A program made the translations under genes and the position numbers. Under the pieces are notes generated by a model that had not been told where the DNA came from, did no database searches, and saw nothing but the letters and a program-made list of their open reading frames with translations. DNA of 46,506 nucleotides, taken from NCBI GenBank assembly GCA_041730475.1, contig JBGSBQ010000001.1, positions 1-46,506 of the forward strand, read 5' to 3'. Origin of the DNA: Sphingomonadaceae bacterium (GTDB lineage Bacteria > Pseudomonadota > Gammaproteobacteria > Burkholderiales > Burkholderiaceae_D). Of this stretch, positions 10,417-21,363 are shown piece after piece. Numbering within the stretch: position 1 is the first letter of the stretch; each line of letters begins with the position of its first letter.

Positions 10417-11466
10417 ATGATACGCGAGATCCTGGGGCAGCTGGCGGCCGGTGCGGAGCTGTCGCCCGACGCCATTGCCACCTTCCTCGCCGCCGTCGAG
10501 CAGGACAGCGTGGGTGAGGCCCAGATCGCCGCCTTCCTGACCGGCTTGCGCATCAAGGGCGCCAGCGTCGGTGAAACCGTCGCCATCAGCCGCTATTTGC
10601 GGGCGCGTTGCACGCCGGTGCAGCCACGCGTCAACGCCGCCATACTCGATACCTGCGGCACCGGCGGCGGCCTCAGCACGGTGAATATCTCGACCGCCAG
10701 CGCCATCCTGTGCGCTGCCGCCGGTATTCCGGTGGCCAAACACGGTAGCCGCTCGCTGTCCAGCCTGTCCGGCAGCGCCGATGTGCTGGAAGCGCTGGGC
10801 GTCAGCCTGGCCGTGCCGCCCCTCGCCTGCGCCCGCATGATCGAGGAGATCGGCATCGCCTTCCTGCATGCGCCCGCGTTCCATCCGCTGATGCGGCGCC
10901 TGCTGCCGGTGGAACTGGCGCTCGGCTTCAAGACCATTTTCTACACCCTGATCGGCCCCTTGATCAATCCGGCCAGCGCGCGCTGCCATCTGCTCGGCGT
11001 GTATCGTCCCGAGCTGCAAACCCTGTGCGCGGAGGCCGTCGCCCAGCTGGACTACGAGCGCGCCATGATCGTGCATGGACTCGATGGGGTCGACGAGATT
11101 TCGCTGCTCGGCAGTACCCGCATCCACCAGCTGGAGCACGGCCAGTGGCGCAGCTACGATCTGGTGCCGGAAGACGTGGGGCTGGCGCGCTGCACACTGG
11201 AGGCGATCCGCTCGCGCACCCCGGCCGAGAATGCCGCGCAGCTGCGCGCCGTGTTCGCCGGCCAGCAACATGGCGCCGTGCGCGACGCCATCGTCCTGAA
11301 CACGGCCGGCGCCCTGATCGTCGGCGGCCGCGCCAGCAGCTTTGCCGATGGCATCGCGCTGGCGTCGGCGCTGCTCGACGAGGGTGCCGCCCACCGCAAG
11401 CTGCAACAACTGGTCGACAGTTCGCAGGACTACGCGCGGCGCGGCGCGGATGGCCAACATGGCTGA
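10417..11466 (+). CDS. Anthranilate phosphoribosyltransferase-like protein (TrpD fold, altered acceptor site)
   Basis: DTCGTGGG, NISTAS, KHGSRS, SGSADVLEALG, GVDEIS; no trp genes nearby. Confidence 0.9.
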   Translation: MIREILGQLAAGAELSPDAIATFLAAVEQDSVGEAQIAAFLTGLRIKGASVGETVAISRYLRARCTPVQPRVNAAILDTCGTGGGLSTVNISTASAILCAAAGIPVAKHGSRSLSSLSGSADVLEALGVSLAVPPLACARMIEEIGIAFLHAPAFHPLMRRLLPVELALGFKTIFYTLIGPLINPASARCHLLGVYRPELQTLCAEAVAQLDYERAMIVHGLDGVDEISLLGSTRIHQLEHGQWRSYDLVPEDVGLARCTLEAIRSRTPAENAAQLRAVFAGQQHGAVRDAIVLNTAGALIVGGRASSFADGIALASALLDEGAAHRKLQQLVDSSQDYARRGADGQHG

Positions 11467-13060
11467 GCTGCCACCGGCTGCCGCGATCTGGGACGGCATT
11501 CTGGCGGCGTCACCGGACGCCATCCTGCTGTTGCATGCCGACGGCCGGGTGGCGGTGGCGAATCCCCTGGCGGCGGCCCAGCTCGGTGTACCGGCGGGCA
11601 CGCTGGTCGGCCAGCTGTACGGCGCCAGCTTGCCGGCCACACTGCGCGCCAGCCGCCAGCAGCAGATCGCCAGTGCACTGCAGCAGCAACGGGCGCTGCG
11701 CTGGGAAGATGGCCTCGACGACAGGCGCTATGTGCTGACCGCGATTCCAGTGCAGGGCAATGCGCACGTGCTGCTGAATTGCCGCGACGTCAGCGTCCAG
11801 CACCGCCTGGAAGAGTCGGAACAGAACAAGCGGGCCCGCCTGAAAACCCTGATCGAAACCTTGCCCGACCTGGTCTGGCTGCAAGACCGGGACGGCGTGT
11901 ACATCAATTGCAACCAGAAATTCGAGCGTTTCCTGGGTGCGCCGGAAGCCGGCCTGAAAGGTTGCAGCGCGGCGGCCCTGCTGCCGCCAGCGCTGCAGGC
12001 CAGCTTCCACCTGCATGGTGCGCGTGCGCTGCAGACGCTGCAACCGCAGATTTTCCACCAGTGGCTAGAGTTCGTCGCCGACGGCCACCGTGAATACGCC
12101 GAAGTCATCCTGGCCCCGTTCATCGACCAGCATGGCGAGGTCATGGGCGTGATGGGGATCGCCCGCGATGTCACCGCCTTCCAGCAGAACGCCGATGAGC
12201 TGCGGCGCCACCGCGACCAGCTGGAACAACTGGTCAGTGCGCGTACCGCCGAGCTGTCGCGCACGGTGGAACAGCTGCAGCGAACCCAGAACGAGCTGGT
12301 GCAGGCGGAAAAGCTGGCGTCGCTGGGCGCGCTGGTGGCCGGCATTTCGCACGAGCTGAATACCCCATTGGGCAACCTGCTGACCATCAGCAGCGCACTG
12401 CGGGACGAGCACGCCGGCTTCCTGCAGCAGCTGACGCAAGGCGCCATCACGCGTAGCGCACTCCAGCAACGCTTCGCACGCGATCAGGAAATGCTGGAGC
12501 TGGTGGAACGCTCGGCGCGCCGCGCCGCCGACCTGATCGACAACTTCAAGCAGGTGGCGGTAGACCAGACTTCGGACCACCGCCACCGCTTCGACCTGCA
12601 CGAACTGGTGGCGGCCCAGGTGCCGGGCCTGCTGGCCGAGGCCGGTCGCAAGGCGGTGGTGATCCACAACCAGATCGCGCCCGGGATCGCCTGCGACAGC
12701 TTCCCCGGCCCGCTGGGCCAGGTGGTCACGCATTTGCTGCAAAACGCGCTGCGCCATGCGTTTGACGGCCGTGCCGGCGGCAGTATCCAGCTCAGTTGTG
12801 TGCGGGATGACGAGCAGCTGGCGCTGTCCGTCAGCGATGACGGCATCGGCATGGATGCGGCCATGCTGCTGCGCATCTTTGATCCCTTCTTCACCACCAA
12901 ACTGGGCCGGGGTGGTTCGGGACTCGGCCTGCCGGTCTGCAAGCGCATCGCCAACGGCGTGCTGGCGGGTGACCTGGTGGCGCAGTCGCAACCGGGCCAC
13001 GGCAGCAGCTTCACGCTGACCATGTCGCGCACGGCGCCCGGCACCAATCTGGCACTGTGA
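11450..13060 (+). CDS. Soluble PAS-PAS sensor histidine kinase
   Basis: Two PAS-like regions, coiled coil, H-box SHELNTPLG, N-box QNALRHAF, DDGIG, FFTTK, GSGLGL; no TM; start 11450 or 11459. Confidence 0.92.
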   Translation: MANMAELPPAAAIWDGILAASPDAILLLHADGRVAVANPLAAAQLGVPAGTLVGQLYGASLPATLRASRQQQIASALQQQRALRWEDGLDDRRYVLTAIPVQGNAHVLLNCRDVSVQHRLEESEQNKRARLKTLIETLPDLVWLQDRDGVYINCNQKFERFLGAPEAGLKGCSAAALLPPALQASFHLHGARALQTLQPQIFHQWLEFVADGHREYAEVILAPFIDQHGEVMGVMGIARDVTAFQQNADELRRHRDQLEQLVSARTAELSRTVEQLQRTQNELVQAEKLASLGALVAGISHELNTPLGNLLTISSALRDEHAGFLQQLTQGAITRSALQQRFARDQEMLELVERSARRAADLIDNFKQVAVDQTSDHRHRFDLHELVAAQVPGLLAEAGRKAVVIHNQIAPGIACDSFPGPLGQVVTHLLQNALRHAFDGRAGGSIQLSCVRDDEQLALSVSDDGIGMDAAMLLRIFDPFFTTKLGRGGSGLGLPVCKRIANGVLAGDLVAQSQPGHGSSFTLTMSRTAPGTNLAL

Positions 13061-13191
13061 CGGCCTGGCAACGGTTGACCAAATAATCGGGACCATTTGC
13101 TGCAGGGTGCGCTATCGCACGTTGTGCGGCGCCGGCCTTCGGCAAAATCGCTCCATTGCCCTGTCCACCCCGCCGCCCCTGCGAGTACCTG

Positions 13192-13377
13192 ATGAGCCAA
13201 CTGACTTTAGCCACTTATGCGCTGCGCCGGCAAAAACTTGCCGTGCAGCGCGCAATACGTGCCCGTACGGTAGAAGAATCGGTGGCCGCAGCGCGCTGGG
13301 CAGAAGCCTGGCACCGGCTGGTGGAAAGCCAGCTCGATCTGGCCGAACGCAGCGCCCGACGCCGCGTGCTGCACTGA
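13192..13377 (+). CDS. Small basic hypothetical protein (61 aa)
   Basis: ATG-started ORF filling the intergenic gap with host-like codons; helical, with ARWAEAW motif. Confidence 0.6.
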   Translation: MSQLTLATYALRRQKLAVQRAIRARTVEESVAAARWAEAWHRLVESQLDLAERSARRRVLH

Positions 13378-13472
13378 AGCGGCCCGCCGTGCTGGCGCCG
13401 CTGGAGCGCCACGCCGCCATGCCGCCATACGCGGGCCGCCCTGCACGCAGCGTGCGCTGCGGCAATGACGGC

Positions 13473-14246
13473 TTAGGCGGCGTGGCTGGCCAGTGCGCGC
13501 GCTGCCAGATAGCAGGCCCCGGCGCGCTGCGCCAGTCCGGCCGGCTCCAGCACGATCACCTTGCCGCGCCGGCAACTGATCAAGCCCTCGTCCTGCAGCT
13601 TGCCCGCGGCCGCCGTAATGCTTTCACGCCGCACCCCCAGCATATTGGCAATCAGCTCCTGCGTCACCCGCAGTTCCATGCCGCTCGACCGGTCGAGCCG
13701 GTCCAGCAGCCAGCGGCACAGCTTTTGCTCGATATTCGTGTGGCGGCTGCCCGCCACGGTCTGCGCCAGTTGCGCAAATAGCGCGCTGGTATGGCGCATC
13801 AATTGCAACGCCAGCGCACCGCCTTCATAAAACGCGTCCCGCAGGCACGCGGCTTTCAGGCGGTAGCCATAGCCGGCCGCCTGCACCACGGCGCTGCAAT
13901 TGGCGCGCTCCGACGGGAACAGGGCGGCGCCCACCACGCCTTCGCGGCCGATCACGCCGACCTCGGTGGTGGCGCCATCTTCCATCACATATTGCAGCGA
14001 AATAATGGCATTGGTAGGAAACCAGGTATAGTCAATGGCATCGCCGAAATCGAACAGGAGCTTGCCCATGGGCAGCGGCAACAGCTCCAGATGCGGCATC
14101 AGGGCGGTCAGTTCTTCCACCGGCAGCGCGCGCAGCAGCGTGTTTTGCTGTGCGCCCATCAGGCTGGTGGACGGCGGCACGGCACCGAGCGGTATCGCCC
14201 GGGCTGCGCGCGGGGTCGGGGCGGCAGTTGCGGTAGCGGTAAACAT
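13473..14246 (-). CDS. Crp/Fnr-family transcriptional regulator
   Basis: cNMP-fold GREGVVG; HTH TQELIANMLGVRRESIT; start uncertain. Confidence 0.9.
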   Translation of the reverse strand: MFTATATAAPTPRAARAIPLGAVPPSTSLMGAQQNTLLRALPVEELTALMPHLELLPLPMGKLLFDFGDAIDYTWFPTNAIISLQYVMEDGATTEVGVIGREGVVGAALFPSERANCSAVVQAAGYGYRLKAACLRDAFYEGGALALQLMRHTSALFAQLAQTVAGSRHTNIEQKLCRWLLDRLDRSSGMELRVTQELIANMLGVRRESITAAAGKLQDEGLISCRRGKVIVLEPAGLAQRAGACYLAARALASHAA

Positions 14247-14401
14247 GGCGGCCTTCGTCAAGTGGATCAAGATGGAGCTCACTGTATCGCCCGGACCGGT
14301 TTGCCGGTATAGGAGCGGTCATGCTCCCTATGTAGGCTAGGAACATTGCGGTTTGTCATCTTTGTCCTACAACACCCCGCGAAAAAAAGTTTAAAAATCG
14401 C

Positions 14402-14430
14402 TTGCTATTGAATAGCGCACGATCTATAGT
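14402..14430 (+). promoter_or_regulatory. sigma70-type ohr promoter with overlapping OhrR-like operator
   Basis: TTGCTA-17 bp-TATAGT; imperfect palindrome AATAGCGCACGATCTAT between and overlapping the boxes. Confidence 0.6.
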
Positions 14431-14498
14431 GTGGTCATGGACGCGGCATTCACCACCGCCGACACTGTGTAGTCCCACTCACTGAAAAGGAAATCATC

Positions 14499-14924
14499 AT
14501 GTCGATCGAAAATGTACTGTACCGCGCAAACGCCAAATCCACCGGTGGCCGTGAAGGCCGTTCGGTCTCGTCGGATGGCGTACTGGATGTCAAACTGACC
14601 ACCCCAAAAGAACTGGGCGGTGCTGGTGCCGTGGGCACCAATCCTGAGCAACTGTTCGCTGCTGGCTACTCGGCCTGCTTCATCGGTGCCCTGAAATTCG
14701 TCGGCGGCCGTGACAAGATCGCCGTTCCGGCCGACGCTTCGATCGATGCTACTGTCGGCATCGGCGCCATCCCGACCGGCTTCGGCATCGAAGTCGAACT
14801 GAAAATCTCGCTGCCAGGCCTGGACCGCGATACCGCCGAAAAACTGGTCGCCGCTGCCCACATCGTGTGCCCGTACTCTAACGCCACCCGCGGCAACATC
14901 GACGTCACGCTGACCATCGTCTAA
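14499..14924 (+). CDS. ohr: Organic hydroperoxide resistance protein
   Basis: [31 protein letters not shown]. Confidence 0.97.
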   Translation: MSIENVLYRANAKSTGGREGRSVSSDGVLDVKLTTPKELGGAGAVGTNPEQLFAAGYSACFIGALKFVGGRDKIAVPADASIDATVGIGAIPTGFGIEVELKISLPGLDRDTAEKLVAAAHIVCPYSNATRGNIDVTLTIV

Positions 14925-14949
14925 GCCAGCGCACTAGCATCAGTCCCCG

Positions 14950-14985
14950 GCGCGCCCGGCCTCCCTCGCAGGACGCCGGGCGCGC
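14950..14985. terminator. GC-rich hairpin after ohr (no U-tract)
   Basis: GCGCGCCCGGC ... GCCGGGCGCGC, 11-bp perfect stem. Confidence 0.45.
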
Positions 14986-15034
14986 TGTCGTTGATGCCTT
15001 ACAATCAGCGTTCCCTATCCTGAACGAGATTTCC

Positions 15035-15505
15035 ATGATTACCTGGCAATGGCTGGCCTTTGACGACATCCCCCGCAGCGACTGGTATGAGGCCCTGCGC
15101 CAGCGCCAGCAAGTGTTCATCCTCGAACAAACCTGCTTGTATCCCGACCTTGACGGCTACGATCCGGCCTGCCAGCACCTGCTGGGCTGGCGCGACAGCA
15201 ATGGCCAGCGCCAGCTGGTGGCCTACCTGCGCTGCCTGCCGCCGGGACTGAAGTACGCAGAAATGTCGCTGGGCCGTATCCTGACCACCGACGCCGCGCG
15301 CGGTAGCGGCCTGGGGCGTGAACTGGTGGCGCACGGCATCCGCCATGCCGAAGCGCTGCATCCGGGCCACGCGATCCGCATCGGTGCCCAGCAGCGGCTG
15401 GAAGCGTTCTATCAGAGCTTCGGCTTCCAGACCGTCACCGCCCCCTACGACGAAGACGGCATCCTGCACATCGACATGCTGCGCCCGGCCGGCGCCCATA
15501 CATAA
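15035..15505 (+). CDS. elaA: ElaA-like GNAT acetyltransferase
   Basis: RQQVFILEQ.C.YPDLDG, ARGSGLG, YDEDGILHIDM. Confidence 0.88.
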   Translation: MITWQWLAFDDIPRSDWYEALRQRQQVFILEQTCLYPDLDGYDPACQHLLGWRDSNGQRQLVAYLRCLPPGLKYAEMSLGRILTTDAARGSGLGRELVAHGIRHAEALHPGHAIRIGAQQRLEAFYQSFGFQTVTAPYDEDGILHIDMLRPAGAHT

Positions 15506-15530
15506 AAAAAGGCGACCTCACGGTCGCCTT
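15504..15530 (-). terminator. Intrinsic terminator of the FKBP gene
   Basis: AAGGCGACC-tcac-GGTCGCCTT stem with T7 tract on the minus strand. Confidence 0.8.
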
Positions 15531-15553
15531 GGCGGGTGTTGCAGGTTCGCGCT

Positions 15554-16453
15554 TTATTTCACGGCGGTCAGTTCGACGTCAAAGATCAGCGTCGAGTTGG
15601 CTGGAATGCCAACGAACACATACCCGTTATAGGCCGCCTGCGCCGTCGTCGCCTGGCTGCCGTAAGCCAGCGAGGCCGGAATCGTCAGCGTGCGCTTGCC
15701 GCCCACTTTCATGCCGACCAGGCCCTGGTCCCAACCGGTAATGACTTTGCCAGCGCCCAGCACGAAGTCAAACGTGGTGCCCTTGACCACCGAGCTGTCG
15801 AACACACCGCCACGGAAGTCGCTCAGCGCACCGTTATACAGATAACCCGTATATTTGACGGTCAGCGTCTTGCCGGCGGTCGCTTCAGTGCCGGTACCGA
15901 CCGTCGTATCCTGGATCACCAGCGTGGTCGGTGGTGCCACCACGATGGGCAGGGTGGCCGTCGTCACGCTGATCAGTTCGATGTCATACACCAGCGGTGC
16001 GTTGGCCGGGATCGCCGCATAGGTGTTGCTGCCCACGGCCGCCAGCGCGGCGCGGGTGTAGGCGCCATAGCCGAGCGAAGCCGGCAGCACCAGCGTGCGC
16101 TTGCCGCCGACTTTCATGCCCAGTATGCCCTGATCCCAACCCGGTACCCAGGCCGTGCCGACCGCGCCCACGCCGAGCGTGAAGGTGTACGGTACGTTGC
16201 GGTCGATCGAGCTGTCGAACTTGGCGCCTTTCAGGTCGGCCTTGGTGGCGTCATACAGGTAAGCGACGTAATTAATCACCACCAGGTCGCTGCTGGCGGC
16301 CAGCGTGCCAGTGCCAAGCACGGTATCGGTGGACTTGAAGGCGGGCTGGACCACGGCTGGGGTGGTGTCAGCCGACTTGGAACTGCCGCCACCGCAGGCC
16401 GTCAGGGCCAGCGCGCAGGCGACGGCTGCGAAAAATTGAAACGTCGATTTCAT
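15554..16453 (-). CDS. Lipoprotein with two tandem FKBP peptidyl-prolyl isomerase domains
   Basis: Lipobox LTAC; FDSS...GWDQG..GMKVGGKRTL..PASL.YG...IPAN occurs twice. Confidence 0.92.
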   Translation of the reverse strand: MKSTFQFFAAVACALALTACGGGSSKSADTTPAVVQPAFKSTDTVLGTGTLAASSDLVVINYVAYLYDATKADLKGAKFDSSIDRNVPYTFTLGVGAVGTAWVPGWDQGILGMKVGGKRTLVLPASLGYGAYTRAALAAVGSNTYAAIPANAPLVYDIELISVTTATLPIVVAPPTTLVIQDTTVGTGTEATAGKTLTVKYTGYLYNGALSDFRGGVFDSSVVKGTTFDFVLGAGKVITGWDQGLVGMKVGGKRTLTIPASLAYGSQATTAQAAYNGYVFVGIPANSTLIFDVELTAVK

Positions 16454-16579
16454 GGTTACCTTTGAGATGGGGGTCGAATTACGCGCGCGCCGCGGCAGGT
16501 GCGCGGCGACCGGAGCAGAAGTTTAGCAGACCGCGCCCCTTGCGCTCCGGGCTCTACATTCAGTTACATTATTTATCTG

Positions 16580-18460
16580 TCAAATTTCGACCTGGGTGCC
16601 CAGTTCAATCACCCGGTTAGTCGGAATCTGGTAGTAGTCGGCGGCGCCACGGGCGTTGCGCGACATTGCCACGAACAGGTGTTCACGCCAGGGCGCCATG
16701 CCAGCGCCCGGGGTCGAAATAACGGTCTGACGCGCGATGAAGAACGAGGTCTCCATCATCTCGAACGGCAGGCCGAGACGGTCGCACAGCGCCAGCACTT
16801 TCGGAATGTCCGGCTCGTCCTTGAAGCCATAACGCACGTTCAGCTGGTAGCACTGATGACCGAGGTCGATAATTTCCACTTGCTCGGCATCGCTCACATA
16901 CGGCTCTTCGAGGATGTGCACAGTGAAGAACACCACGCGCTCATGCAGCACCTTGTTGTGCGACAGGTTGTGCAGCAGCGCATGCGGCACGCCGTCGCTC
17001 TCGCCACGCAGGAAAATGGCGGTGCCGTAGACGCGCGTCGGCGGTGCCACGAACAGCGACGAGAGGAAGTCTTCCAGCGGAATCGCATGCTTTTGCAGGT
17101 TCTGGAACACCAGTGCACGGCCGCGCTTCCAGGTCAGCATGATGGTCAGCAGTACGGCGCCCAGCAGCAACGGGAACCAGCCGCCATGGAACAATTTCAG
17201 CGTGCAGGCCGCGAATAGCATGATGTCCATCGCGATGAAGAAGCCGGTCGCCAGCAGGCACACCCACAGCGGGAAGTTCCAGCGATAGCGGATCACGAAG
17301 AAGGTCAGGAAGGTGGTCGACAGCATGGTGGCCGTCACGGCAATGCCGTAGGCGCCGGCCAGCTTGTCGGACGAACCGAAACCGACCACGGCGATCAGCA
17401 CCACCGCCAGTTGCAGCCAGCACACGGCCGGAATGTAGATCTGGCCAATTTCGCTTTCCGAGGTGTGCAGCACGCGCATCCGTGGCAGCAGGCCGAGTGC
17501 GATGGCTTGCTTGGTCATCGAGAAGGTGCCGGAAATCGTCGCCTGCGACGCGATCACGGTGGCCATGGTAGACAGGATCACCAGCGGGTAGACGCTCCAG
17601 GCGCCCAGTTGCTGGAAGAAGGGATTCGAAATCGCGTCCGGATGGGTAATCAATAAGCCGCCCTGGCCCAGATAGTTCAGCGCCAGCGCCGGGAAGGTAA
17701 TCAGGAACCACGCAGCACGGATTGGTTTCTTGCCGAAGTGGCCCATATCTGCATACAGCGCTTCGGCGCCGGTGAAGGCCAGCACCACGGCGCCCAGCGC
17801 GACAAAGGCGGTGAAGCGGTTTTCCAGCATGAAGGTGAAGGCATGCAGCGGATTCAGCGCAGCCAGAATTTGGGGCGCGGCGGCGATGTTGATGATGCCC
17901 ATCACGGCCAGCGCGGCAAACCACACCACCATCACCGGGCCAAACAGGCGGCCGATACCGGCCGTACCGTGGCGTTGCACGGCGTACAGCGAGACCAGCA
18001 CGATGATGGTTAGCGGCACCACATACTGTTCCAGCCCCGGTGCGGCCACTTCCAGCCCTTCGATCGCGCTCAGCACCGAAATCGCTGGCGTGACCACGCT
18101 GTCACCATAGAACATGGTGGCGCCGAACACGCCCAGCAGCATCAGCGGGTAATGCCAGCGCGGCGCTGATTTGGACACGGAGTTGAGCACCAGCGCCATC
18201 AGCGCCATGATGCCGCCCTCGCCGCGGTTGTCGGCACGCAGCACCAGACAGACATACTTGAGCGAGACGATCATCGTCAGGCCCCAGAAAATCAGCGAAA
18301 TCACCCCCAGCAGGTTAGGCGTATTCAGCGCCAGACCGTGTTCCGGGTCGAAGATGGTTTTGAGCGTGTAGAGGGGACTGGTACCGATGTCGACGTAGAC
18401 GATGCCGACGGCAGCCAGCGTCAAGCCGGCCAGACTGCTTTTCTTGTGTTGCGCGGTCAA
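16580..18460 (-). CDS. kup: Kup/HAK/KT potassium transporter
   Basis: DIGTSPLY, DNRGEGG, TPAISVLSAIEGL, GAEALYADMGHF; TTG start inferred. Confidence 0.96.
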   Translation of the reverse strand: MTAQHKKSSLAGLTLAAVGIVYVDIGTSPLYTLKTIFDPEHGLALNTPNLLGVISLIFWGLTMIVSLKYVCLVLRADNRGEGGIMALMALVLNSVSKSAPRWHYPLMLLGVFGATMFYGDSVVTPAISVLSAIEGLEVAAPGLEQYVVPLTIIVLVSLYAVQRHGTAGIGRLFGPVMVVWFAALAVMGIINIAAAPQILAALNPLHAFTFMLENRFTAFVALGAVVLAFTGAEALYADMGHFGKKPIRAAWFLITFPALALNYLGQGGLLITHPDAISNPFFQQLGAWSVYPLVILSTMATVIASQATISGTFSMTKQAIALGLLPRMRVLHTSESEIGQIYIPAVCWLQLAVVLIAVVGFGSSDKLAGAYGIAVTATMLSTTFLTFFVIRYRWNFPLWVCLLATGFFIAMDIMLFAACTLKLFHGGWFPLLLGAVLLTIMLTWKRGRALVFQNLQKHAIPLEDFLSSLFVAPPTRVYGTAIFLRGESDGVPHALLHNLSHNKVLHERVVFFTVHILEEPYVSDAEQVEIIDLGHQCYQLNVRYGFKDEPDIPKVLALCDRLGLPFEMMETSFFIARQTVISTPGAGMAPWREHLFVAMSRNARGAADYYQIPTNRVIELGTQVEI

Positions 18461-18665
18461 GATTGCACCTGTTGTTGTTTTGGTGCATTGCACAATAGGA
18501 TAGCTTTTAACAAATTGCAAGAATATTTTGACATGCGAGAACTCGCTTCGATTCAATCCCCGAAGTGTACGCCTGCCCCGGTCGGGAAGCGAGTACCGAT
18601 CGGCAGCGCTCGCCCAGATCGGTGATAATGGCGCCCCTTTCCGTTGTTTCCTGCCCCTCCCCGCC

Positions 18666-19550
18666 ATGAACCCAGGTATCTTGTACGCCGCCCTAGCCTT
18701 CTTCTGCTGGGGCCTGTTTCCGCTGTATTTCCATGCGCTGGGCGAAGTTCCGGCGCTGGAAATCCTGGCCCATCGCATGCTGTGGTCGCTGCTGTTCCTG
18801 GTGCTGGTGCTGAGCGCGCGTCAGCAATGGAAATGGCTGCCTGCCGTGCTGCGCCAGCCGCGCATCCTGTTCAGTTTTGTGGCCAGCGCAGTGCTGCTTT
18901 CTAGCAACTGGTTCGTCTACATCTGGTCCGTCAACCATGGTCATGTGATCGACGCCAGTCTCGGTTATTTCATCAATCCGCTGGTGAATGTGCTGCTCGG
19001 TCTGCTGGTGCTGAAGGAAAAGCTGCGCCGCGGCCAGTGGCTGGCGATCGGGCTGGCCGCCGCCGGTGTGGCCTGGCTGACCTGGCAGGCTGGCCAGTTG
19101 CCATGGATCGCACTGATCCTCGGCTGCACCTTCGGCGCCTATGGCCTGCTGCGCAAGACGGCGGCGCTGGCAGCGCTGGAGGGCTTGTCGCTGGAAACCC
19201 TGCTGCTGTTCCCGGCGGCGCTGGCCTATGTCGTGTGGCTCAGCTGGCATGGCCAAAACACCTTCCTGAACAGCAGCGCCGACAGCACGCGCTGGCTGCT
19301 GGCGGCAGCCGGGCCGATCACGGCCATCCCGCTGCTGCTGTTTGCGGCCGGCGCGCGGCGCATCCCGATGTCGGTGCTGGGGCTGCTGCAATACCTGTCG
19401 CCGACGATGCAGATGCTGCTCGGCGTGTGGGTCTTTCATGAGGTATTCTCAACGCCGCGCTTGCTGGGCTTTGTGGTGATCTGGAGCGCACTGGCGCTGT
19501 ACGTGGCAGAGGGACTGTGGAGCACGCGCCAGCTGGAGCGCGCGAAATAA
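18666..19550 (+). CDS. rarD: RarD EamA/DMT transporter
   Basis: WGLFPLYF, EILAHR, ASLGYFINPLVNV, GLLQYLSPT. Confidence 0.93.
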   Translation: MNPGILYAALAFFCWGLFPLYFHALGEVPALEILAHRMLWSLLFLVLVLSARQQWKWLPAVLRQPRILFSFVASAVLLSSNWFVYIWSVNHGHVIDASLGYFINPLVNVLLGLLVLKEKLRRGQWLAIGLAAAGVAWLTWQAGQLPWIALILGCTFGAYGLLRKTAALAALEGLSLETLLLFPAALAYVVWLSWHGQNTFLNSSADSTRWLLAAAGPITAIPLLLFAAGARRIPMSVLGLLQYLSPTMQMLLGVWVFHEVFSTPRLLGFVVIWSALALYVAEGLWSTRQLERAK

Positions 19551-19641
19551 AGCGGTGATAGTGTCGGGCTGGCGGGATTTATCGTATCCTGTCGTCCTTC
19601 CCTGCATTTCTGTAGTTTTCACCCTAAATACCGAGAATTCA

Positions 19642-21309
<1,668 letters not shown>

Positions 21310-21313
21310 ACAC

Positions 21314-21348
21314 AAAAAGCACGGTGAACAGTCACCGTGCTTTTTTTT
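21314..21348. terminator. Bidirectional intrinsic terminator
   Basis: A5-GCACGGTGA-loop-TCACCGTGC-T8 between convergent genes. Confidence 0.88.
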
Positions 21349-21363
21349 CAGGCTAAGATTTGT

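Noticed and set aside
10417-11466. Calling the gene plain trpD
   Set aside because: Anthranilate-binding residues are changed and there is no trp context, so the symbol is withheld
10270-11640. 1085-aa ORF suggesting a large N-terminal extension of the EAL protein
   Set aside because: The extension is the antisense shadow of the trpD-like gene; recognisable protein begins near 10269
18461-18778. Upstream ORF extensions of kup and rarD (likewise gshA, prfA, lysR, binding protein)
   Set aside because: They overlap divergent genes or promoters; family-like sequence and SD sites point to later starts
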